From contig CACVKW010001110.1 of assembly GCA_902749685.1 (NCBI GenBank), positions 1 through 32,000 of the forward strand: DNA of 32,000 nucleotides. The letters are read 5' to 3'. Both the position numbers and the translations under genes were made by a program. Positions 8,717 to 15,354 of the stretch are shown in pieces (position 1 is the stretch's first letter; each line of letters starts with the position of its first letter). Below the pieces are notes generated by a model. That model did no database searches. It was not told the DNA's origin and saw only the letters and a list, made by a program, of their open reading frames with translations. The stretch is from Olavius sp. associated proteobacterium Delta 1. GTDB taxonomy: Bacteria > Desulfobacterota > Desulfobacteria > Desulfobacterales > JAFDCJ01.

Positions 8717-8869
8717 GGGCGTAAGGTATAAGGTGTGAGGTGTAAGGTATAAGGTGTAAGGTTGAAGGTATAGAACGGGCCGAAGCCCCAGGCCGTGCGA
8801 CGGATCCTTGACCCTAAACCCTAAACCCTATACCCTATACCCTAAACCCTATACCTTATACCCTATCCC
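8717..8869. repeat. paired heptamer arrays: C-free arm (RTAAGGT)x7 and G-free arm (CCCTAWA)n
   Basis: The left arm has seven units at 8721-8769. The right arm spans 8806-8869, with C3 tracts at exact 7-nt spacing over 8812-8849. In register the arms are roughly 70% complementary (about 5 of 7 positions per unit). The loop spans 8773-8805. Confidence 0.8.
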
Positions 8870-8899
8870 TTTCTTTACTGATACCTTGAACCCATTTTA

Positions 8900-9970
8900 T
8901 TATTCCGGAAGCTTGATCCGTTTCATCGCCTGATCCATCAACAACTGGTAACCGGTCTTTTTGCCGAGCACCGATTCCTTCTTGCGCTGGCTCCAGACGG
9001 TTTCCGGGCGTGCCTGAACAATGAAAATATTTTCCGGGAATAGAAAATCCTTATCGATGGCCCACTCGATATCCATGGCGCGTCCGTAGTGCGCTTCTAT
9101 GGTTTTGGCTGTTTTGACCAGTTCTCTTATTTCCCGGTCCTCGAGACAGCAGGTGCACTGCAGGTCTTCGGCGACCTCGGCGTCGACGGTTTCTCCTTTT
9201 TCTACGTCGAAGACACACTCAATGTGCTTGGTGGAGATGGTCCGCTCATTGATCTCCCCCATGACCTTGTCGACGACGAACTTGTCCGGGTTGACGGAAC
9301 CGGATACAACCGTTTCTCCCAAACCCCAGCTTCCTTCAAGCACGACTTTGGAAATATCACCGTCGGTGGGATTCAGGGTGAACATCACCCCCGCTGCCCT
9401 TGAATTCACCATATTCTGGACACCGACACTGATCAGTACCTTTTCGTGGGGGAAGTCGTTTTTGACCCGGTAGCTGATGGCCCGCGGCGTATACAGGCTG
9501 GCCCAGCACTTTCGGACACTTTCAATGACCCGCTCAGCGCTCATTATCCAAAGGTAAGTGTCCTGTTGCCCGGCAAAACTGGCCGTGGGCAGATCTTCGG
9601 CGGTCGCACTGGATCTGACTGCCACCGGAAGGGCGTCAATCCCGCATTTTTCGCAAAGCAGGGCATAACCCTCGCCGATCGCCTTTTGGACATCACCGGG
9701 GATAACGGCAGTCTTGATCATTTCCTGGACTTTTTCGGCGGTTTGGTTGAGCGCATTGATATTTTCGGGATCCAGATCCGCCAAAAGGCTGAAAATCGTA
9801 TCATTTATCCCGGCTTTTTCCATAAATACCGAATAGCTGTTGGTGGTGACGGCAAATCCTGGCGGAACCCGGATGCCGGCATTGATCAATTCGCCCAGGC
9901 TGGAATTTTTACCACCAACCAATGGCAGCGAACCTTTATTTAGTTTGCGAAAATCCAGGATTAAATCCAT
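8900..9970 (-). CDS. PEP-synthase N-terminal-type ATP-binding subunit (phenylphosphate synthase beta-like)
   Basis: 356 aa (~39 kDa). Carries VGGKNSSLGEL and RSSATAEDLPTASFAGQQDTY, signatures of the PPDK/PEP-synthase nucleotide-binding domain. It has no His or PEP domains. Start is ATG 9968-9970 with GGGAGG upstream. Confidence 0.8.
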   Translation of the reverse strand: MDLILDFRKLNKGSLPLVGGKNSSLGELINAGIRVPPGFAVTTNSYSVFMEKAGINDTIFSLLADLDPENINALNQTAEKVQEMIKTAVIPGDVQKAIGEGYALLCEKCGIDALPVAVRSSATAEDLPTASFAGQQDTYLWIMSAERVIESVRKCWASLYTPRAISYRVKNDFPHEKVLISVGVQNMVNSRAAGVMFTLNPTDGDISKVVLEGSWGLGETVVSGSVNPDKFVVDKVMGEINERTISTKHIECVFDVEKGETVDAEVAEDLQCTCCLEDREIRELVKTAKTIEAHYGRAMDIEWAIDKDFLFPENIFIVQARPETVWSQRKKESVLGKKTGYQLLMDQAMKRIKLPE

Positions 9971-10009
9971 TATTGTCCTCCCGCAAAATCTCCAAAATCT
10001 CTTTTAGGA

Positions 10010-10033
10010 CCCCTTCCCCGGGCGGGGAAGGGG
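10010..10033. other. GC-rich perfect hairpin between the pps-alpha-like stop and the pps-beta-like start
   Basis: CCCCTTCCCCG (10010-10020), GG, CGGGGAAGGGG (10023-10033). Confidence 0.6.
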
Positions 10034-10086
10034 CAGAAGGTTGTCACTATCACGCATGTCTGAAAGGGTACTCGAAGCGAGGCTAT

Positions 10087-11949
10087 TTAACTTGCTCTTT
10101 CGACAATCGTGACAGTACCGGTATCCCCATCGACTTTGACAATATCCCCGGTTTGGATCGCGGCTGTGGCGATACCGCAGCCGGTTACCGAAGGCACGCC
10201 ATATTCCCGGCAGACAATCGCCGCATGGCTGGTCAGCCCGCCGATGTCAGTAACCGCAGCCTTGATATTGGTGAACACCGGGGCCCAGGATGGATTGGTC
10301 GACGGGCAAACCAGAACCTCACCCGGTTGCAGGTCGACAATGTCCTTGAGCCGCTTGAGGACCCGCGCCGGACCTTCAGCCATGCCGGCCGAAGAGGCAA
10401 AACCCTTGATTTCAGAGAGGTCCGCACCTGCCGTTGTATCAGCGCCTTTGAGCCATTCTTTAACCTTGTCGGTGGTAATACCCCACAGCATGATGGTGAA
10501 CGGCTCGGCCACTTCTTCGGGCGGTACGCCCAGCGCCGGTGTCGGATTCCATTCGACGGCAGCCTCGAGGATCTTTTTGCGTTTTGCGGCCTTGGATTTA
10601 TAGTAACCACCCCTGACCGGTATATCCACGCCCAGAGCCCAGGCAGTTGCAACTTCAGTCAGAAGCTGCGGAATCTCGTAGCGGTTGAACATAAATATGT
10701 CGTCCACCTCATTAATCATTCCGTTGGCAACCAGAACGGATCCAATTTGTCTGATTTTTTTATACCAGATGGTGTGAAACCAGTGTTCCACCCAGAAGAG
10801 ATGGTCCTCGGCATAGCGGTAGATGGTTCTGATGGTGTTATAGGCATCCTCAAAAGCTTTACGGTCGTCGTCGGTTTGGATCATCTTGCGGTACTCGGCG
10901 ACAATTTCATCGCGTTCCTTCTCGATCTTTTCCAGGGAGCGCTCGATGGTTTCGCCCCTGTCCAGCCTTTCCACATAACCTTTGATATAGCTGTAGGGAA
11001 TGTCCAAATCAGTGAGCCAGCTGCCCTCGTGGTTATACCAGCCGCTGCCGCAGGATACGTAAAACCAGGGATCACTTGACTTTTCATATTCGGCCAGCCA
11101 GTTTTTGCCGGCTTCTGATTGTTGAAGCTCGGCAACCTTGTCGGCGGCGGATTTGGTGCTCTTGAGAATGTTGCCTACGCCATCCGCAGAAACCGCCAGG
11201 CGGGCGAGCCGACAAAGCTCTTCTTCGGGGCGGAACATGGAAACATAAGCGCCGGCGACCATCTTGCCGATGGCGCTTTCACTGATCCCCGGAAAAAGTT
11301 TACGCGAAACATCCGCGAACATGAGATAGGCCAGATAGGTCAGGTTGAGCATTTCAAAATGATATTGCCAGCCCTTAAACATCTGGTTGACCAGCTTGTC
11401 GAAAGACTCGATCAGGTTATAGCTGTCATAGAAACCAGTGGGTGCCGGCAGGACCTGATCGTCGGGAACATACTTAGGCAGCTCTTGCGGGATCTGAACT
11501 GCGCTCATTTCTTCACCCAGGGCTTTAAATTTGGTTAACCACTTGTCCCACAATTCATCGTAGTGTTCAAAGACATAAAATACCCGTTTTTCGAAATGCC
11601 CGGCTTTTTCAGCGATAATTTCATCCGGCGGTGGGGCAATCGCGCAAATATACAAATAGCCGCCCACTATTCGCTGGGCGATGCCCTGGGCGGGAGGGAT
11701 GCAAAATACCCTTGTTGTATATTGTGATAGCGAAATCTGCCATGCTTCCTGGAAGATTAAATCCAGCGGTGGTAATGGTTCCGGGGCATGGATTTTGTCT
11801 TGATACCAGAACTGAGCTTTTTCCCATTCTTCTCTGTCCTTGGAAAACAGGTGGTGAGTCGGGTACATCTCTTCCCAGCCTTCAAGCTCGGGAGGGACTT
11901 GGAATTCGTGAGGATCCGGAAATCTTCCTTCATTATCGGCCATTTTCAT
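10087..11949 (-). CDS. PEP-utilising enzyme, mobile-His-domain subunit (phenylphosphate synthase alpha-like)
   Basis: 620 aa (~68 kDa). The C-terminal GGLTSHAAIVCREYGVP has its His codon at 10225-10227. The N-terminus reads FPDPHEFQVPPELEGWEEMYP. Start is ATG 11947-11949 with AGGAGG upstream. Confidence 0.8.
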   Translation of the reverse strand: MKMADNEGRFPDPHEFQVPPELEGWEEMYPTHHLFSKDREEWEKAQFWYQDKIHAPEPLPPLDLIFQEAWQISLSQYTTRVFCIPPAQGIAQRIVGGYLYICAIAPPPDEIIAEKAGHFEKRVFYVFEHYDELWDKWLTKFKALGEEMSAVQIPQELPKYVPDDQVLPAPTGFYDSYNLIESFDKLVNQMFKGWQYHFEMLNLTYLAYLMFADVSRKLFPGISESAIGKMVAGAYVSMFRPEEELCRLARLAVSADGVGNILKSTKSAADKVAELQQSEAGKNWLAEYEKSSDPWFYVSCGSGWYNHEGSWLTDLDIPYSYIKGYVERLDRGETIERSLEKIEKERDEIVAEYRKMIQTDDDRKAFEDAYNTIRTIYRYAEDHLFWVEHWFHTIWYKKIRQIGSVLVANGMINEVDDIFMFNRYEIPQLLTEVATAWALGVDIPVRGGYYKSKAAKRKKILEAAVEWNPTPALGVPPEEVAEPFTIMLWGITTDKVKEWLKGADTTAGADLSEIKGFASSAGMAEGPARVLKRLKDIVDLQPGEVLVCPSTNPSWAPVFTNIKAAVTDIGGLTSHAAIVCREYGVPSVTGCGIATAAIQTGDIVKVDGDTGTVTIVERAS

Positions 11950-12166
11950 CCTCCTAATTTTGTGGGATTAATCCTTATTAATAGAGCCTGCATTCGCTCG
12001 AACATAGATTTTGCACGTACCGATCAGAAGTAGGGATGACAGCACCGGAGAACAATAATGTAAATTAAACGGAAATAAGGCCCATCGCATCAGGCACCGA
12101 TTGCATAAATCTGAATTGCAATCAGCTATTTATGAACAAAATTAAAAAAACTGTCAATCCAATTAT

Positions 12167-12194
12167 ACTTATGCTATTGATAAGTTATTCTTAT
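12167..12194. promoter_or_regulatory. overlapping dyads ACTTAT-N7-ATAAGT and ATAAG-N5-CTTAT (T-N11-A type), candidate LysR box
   Basis: Direct reading. Located in the divergent lysR / pps-like intergenic region, about 220-245 bp upstream of the pps-alpha-like ATG. Confidence 0.35.
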
Positions 12195-12253
12195 GGATGT
12201 GAATAATGTATAAAAATAGTTTGGGTAAAGGGAGACGGTGTAAGGGAACGGCG

Positions 12254-12387
12254 TAGGGCACACGGCACACGGCACACGGCGCACGGCGCAAGGAAAATGG
12301 ACAGGCGTGAGGTGTAAACCAGGTGTATGTGTAAGGTATAAGGTCTATGGTGTAAGGTCTATGGTGTAAGGTATAAGGTGTAAGGTT
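12254..12387. repeat. two adjacent heptamer arrays: (CACGGCR)x4-5 then (GTAAGGT/ATAAGGT/CTATGGT)x8
   Basis: The CACGGCA/G units span 12261-12288. Eight units span 12331-12386. Positions 12363-12387 are identical to 8739-8763. Confidence 0.8.
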
Positions 12388-12459
12388 TTAGGCGCACGGC
12401 AAAGGAATGGATGTTTGGTATCCGGTTTAGGACTTAGGGCCTGGGAGAAGCAAACCGCA

Positions 12460-12565
12460 GAATATCGAATAACGAATATCGAATCCTCCGGAGGCGGACA
12501 AGTGTCGGAGGAAGGAATTCCGCCATCCGGGCTCTGACACCAATAACCAATAACGAATAACTATT
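12460..12565. repeat. composite element: (GAATAWC)x4 array, bulged 11-bp hairpin, (AACSAAT)x4 array
   Basis: Arrays lie at 12460-12487 and 12538-12565. The hairpin pairs CCGGAGGCGGA (12488-12498) with TCCGCCATCCGG (12519-12530). The element ends about 10 nt before the lysR ATG. Confidence 0.65.
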
Positions 12566-12576
12566 AATTGCATCTC

Positions 12577-13536
12577 ATGCTCAACTTCAACCAACTTCGT
12601 GTTTTTTATAAGGCTGCAAAGAATTTAAATTTTACCGCCGCCGCCAACGAGCTTTTTATTACGCAACCCGCTGTTACGTTTCAGGTGAAGTCTTTCGAAG
12701 AATATTGCGAATTAAAACTGTTTAAAAAAAAAGGGCGCCGAGTATATCTGACGGACGAAGGTAAAGCGCTACTTGAATACGCGGAAAAAGTTTTTCAATA
12801 TGAAAAAGAAATCGAAAACGCCATCGATGAAATGCGGGAATTAAAACGCGGCGTGCTTCGCCTCGGAACCACCAAAGCGTATGCTCGTTATTTTATGCCT
12901 CTGATGATCACCTCCTTTCACAATAAATTCCCGAATATAAAAATCCAGCTGAATGAGGGCAGCTCGGCAGACATGATTTACAGTTTAGTCGATTTTAAAA
13001 TTGATGTGGCGGTTATTGCCAAAGCGGTTGAGCACCCCGAGGTAAATTTTTATCCCTTCAGCAGGGAAGAGATGGCCTTAATTGTCGCTCCTGATCACCA
13101 TCTTGCCGAAATAAAGGAGATTTCGTTTAAAGAATTATCAAAAGAGCTATTTATCATGAAAGAGAATGGTTCGGGAACCAGAAAGCTTGTCGAAGAATTA
13201 TTCACGAAGGCAAAATGTACACCCAATATATTAATGGAGACGAGCAATACCGAGTTCATTAAACAGCTAGTTAACCGCGGAGAGGGCGTATCTTTTCTGG
13301 TGCGAGAGGCGGTGGCAGCTGAGCTCAACAATAATTATCTGGCTGAGGTGCCTATAAAGGGGCACAAAATTCTCTTAGATGTCAGCATCGCCTATTTAAA
13401 GGCACAGGTGCTTTCGCCACCGGCCCGGGCATTTGTGGATACCCTAACCAAGCTGCGATCGGAAGTTATTGATCCCATGGGTATCGGCGCCCTTATGACA
13501 AGGATTCTTGCGCAGCGCAGAAAAGACAAAAAATGA
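12577..13536 (+). CDS. LysR-family transcriptional regulator
   Basis: N-terminal HTH reads FTAAANELFITQPAVTFQVKSFEE, followed by a C-terminal substrate-binding fold. The ORF track starts at TTG 12568. The first ATG is at 12577, so the start is ambiguous by 3 codons. It is divergent from the pps-like operon. Confidence 0.9.
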   Translation: MLNFNQLRVFYKAAKNLNFTAAANELFITQPAVTFQVKSFEEYCELKLFKKKGRRVYLTDEGKALLEYAEKVFQYEKEIENAIDEMRELKRGVLRLGTTKAYARYFMPLMITSFHNKFPNIKIQLNEGSSADMIYSLVDFKIDVAVIAKAVEHPEVNFYPFSREEMALIVAPDHHLAEIKEISFKELSKELFIMKENGSGTRKLVEELFTKAKCTPNILMETSNTEFIKQLVNRGEGVSFLVREAVAAELNNNYLAEVPIKGHKILLDVSIAYLKAQVLSPPARAFVDTLTKLRSEVIDPMGIGALMTRILAQRRKDKK

Positions 13537-13715
13537 AAACTAAATTCGAGACCATCTGGCAATTGGCCAAACCATATCTTGATACCCGGCACAATGAAGT
13601 TCACAGCGAAATTTCCACCCAACTGGCTTTCGAGCTTTTAAATGGGGAAGGTGGTGATGAAGCTAGTTGTCCCACAAATACATTAAAAAAGTCGATCAGG
13701 ATACCTATAGTATAA
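13533..13715 (+). pseudogene. N-terminal remnant of an HD-domain phosphohydrolase gene
   Basis: The first ~43 codons (MKTKFETIWQLAKPYLDTRHNEVHSEISTQLAFELLNGEGGDE) look like the start of small HD-domain proteins. The expected ...IPA..LHD.G continuation is replaced by unrelated sequence and a stop. The start makes an ATGA overlap with the lysR stop. Repeat DNA follows. Confidence 0.4.
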
Positions 13716-13747
13716 AGGGTTCCCGGAATATAGAAAATTTCAAGCGT

Positions 13748-13797
13748 CAAATTACAAATACCAAACAATATCCAAATTCCAAGCTCCAATGATCCAA
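13748..13797. repeat. 7-nt periodic A/C-rich array (CAAATTA CAAATAC CAAACAA TATCCAA ATTCCAA GCTCCAA TGATCCA)
   Basis: Direct reading. Confidence 0.6.
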
Positions 13798-13977
13798 ACA
13801 AGTTTTGACTTGCCGCAAGATGCGGTATCAAAAAAAACACCTGACGAATTGAACTTATTAACCGCTGAATAAGTCAAGCCGTCAGGTGGGTATGACCTGG
13901 AGACAATTATTTGATCGATTTCAGGTTTTGACAATACCTGTTAGGGGCTGTTAACCTGAACCGAATAACCTAACCTC

Positions 13978-15054
13978 TTATAATCCGCCAACTGCTATTT
14001 CGACCCGGCGGTTCATTGCGCGTCCTTTAGATGTGGCGTTGCTGGCAGCCGGATTGGCTGGTCCGTAATAGTTAACCACGATGCGGTCGCCGGCAATCAT
14101 GTAATTGTCCATTAAATAATTCGATACACTTTCAGCCCTTCTGAGGGACAGTCCCAGGTTATATTCCTCAGGCCCGGTGCTATCGGTATAGCCTTCGAGC
14201 AGCACATAGGCGGCAGGGTTCTTTTGAAGAAACGATCCCAGAGCATCGACTTCATCGACATAGCTGGTTCGGACACTTGCCTTATCGAAATCAAACCGTA
14301 TGCTGTCAATCTGGAGGCCGACGATTCTTGTTTCGGCAGTCGTTTCGATGCGCTCGGTTGCCTTTACGGTATACAGCGCGCCGGTCGTATATTCCGGATT
14401 CTCGATAAATTTACTAAACGGAATCACCCGCGAGCAGGCGTTGGCCTTGGCCATATCCCCCAGTCGTTTCTGGGCTAAATTGTCCTGGGGAGCGCCAATT
14501 ATATAGAAGCAGACATTATATTTGTCGGCAAATTCCTGGGTATAGTCTTCCGGCTCTCTGATGCCCTCAATCTGGCTGTAAGTACCGTCGCTGAATATGA
14601 AAACGACGGTTTTGCCCGACGATCCCTGCAAAACCGGTTCAATTTTGCGAAGTGACTGGGCTAAAAAGGTCCGTCCTTTGGGATCCGCCGGCATGCTGTC
14701 CACCGCTTCGGCCCACCCCATTTTGTCAAGGCGCGCCATCGGTTCGAGTTCCGTGTAGGGCGTATACAGGTACAGACCGGCGTTGTACCCCAAATCCGGC
14801 AACTGTGCTACCTTCTCTTTCAGAATAGCTCTGGCTATTTCATATCTCGATTCCGGCGATCCTTTCTTGTACTGTCTTTTCATGGAATTGGATGCATCAA
14901 ACAAGACGATAAAATTATCTGCCAACTTAATAAAATTTTCTTCCACAACCACCCTTTTAATAATATCCTCTTCGGTGACAATCTCGGCGGCTGGAAGCAG
15001 TCCCGGCAAGATCATTCCTAGTACCATTAAAAGTACTGTTAATTTAAGTTTCAT
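13978..15054 (-). CDS. secreted vWA-domain / OmpA-C-like peptidoglycan-binding protein
   Basis: The start was trimmed to ATG 15052-15054 (MKLKLTVLLMVLGMILPGLLPAAE signal peptide, GGGAGGA SD). A MIDAS-like VLFDASNSM is present. The C-terminal OmpA motif reads LEGYTDSTGPEEYNLGLSLRRAESV...NRRVEI. Confidence 0.8.
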   Translation of the reverse strand: MKLKLTVLLMVLGMILPGLLPAAEIVTEEDIIKRVVVEENFIKLADNFIVLFDASNSMKRQYKKGSPESRYEIARAILKEKVAQLPDLGYNAGLYLYTPYTELEPMARLDKMGWAEAVDSMPADPKGRTFLAQSLRKIEPVLQGSSGKTVVFIFSDGTYSQIEGIREPEDYTQEFADKYNVCFYIIGAPQDNLAQKRLGDMAKANACSRVIPFSKFIENPEYTTGALYTVKATERIETTAETRIVGLQIDSIRFDFDKASVRTSYVDEVDALGSFLQKNPAAYVLLEGYTDSTGPEEYNLGLSLRRAESVSNYLMDNYMIAGDRIVVNYYGPANPAASNATSKGRAMNRRVEIAVGGL

Positions 15055-15354
15055 TGTCTTTCCTCCCGTCTTAAAATTGTTATTGCTGTCAGTTAACCGA
15101 AACACTTTCCATTTCCCACTTGTTCTGGTTCGTTGGGCATGATCTCTTACCCGCCGCCCGAACACGAAGGTTGATATTTGCCTTCAAAGTGAGGTCATAA
15201 TTTCAATTGCAATCAAATTAAACATCACTTATTTTGCTGTCAACTCTGATATTACGTTTAAGCCCCTAATTTTATGTTTTTTTTCAACTGTTATAGCTCA
15301 AGATTGTTTAGAAATCCCTATCGGAAGGTTTTGTGTTGAATATTCAAGCCACCC

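Noticed and set aside
8812-8849. Plant-telomere-like CCCTAAA repeats as a sign of eukaryotic contamination or a linear replicon end
   Set aside because: Only a few perfect units are present, mixed with CCCTATA variants. They are embedded between intact bacterial genes of one operon and are part of the local heptamer-array family.
9922-11079. 385-aa plus-strand ORF, plus smaller ones at 10109-10603 and 11119-11538
   Set aside because: They are antisense shadows of the pps-alpha-like gene. Their composition is low-complexity and G/R/P-rich, and no motifs are recognisable. The opposite frame carries clear PEP-utilising-enzyme signatures and an SD-preceded ATG.
12093-12105. Sigma-54-like GGCAC-N4-TTGCA
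   Set aside because: The GG-to-GC spacing is 10 nt instead of the strictly required 12. It also faces lysR rather than the catabolic operon.
8717-12387. Tandem repeat arrays as CRISPR loci
   Set aside because: The repeat unit is 7 nt with no unique spacers of 25-40 nt. No cas genes are present in the window.
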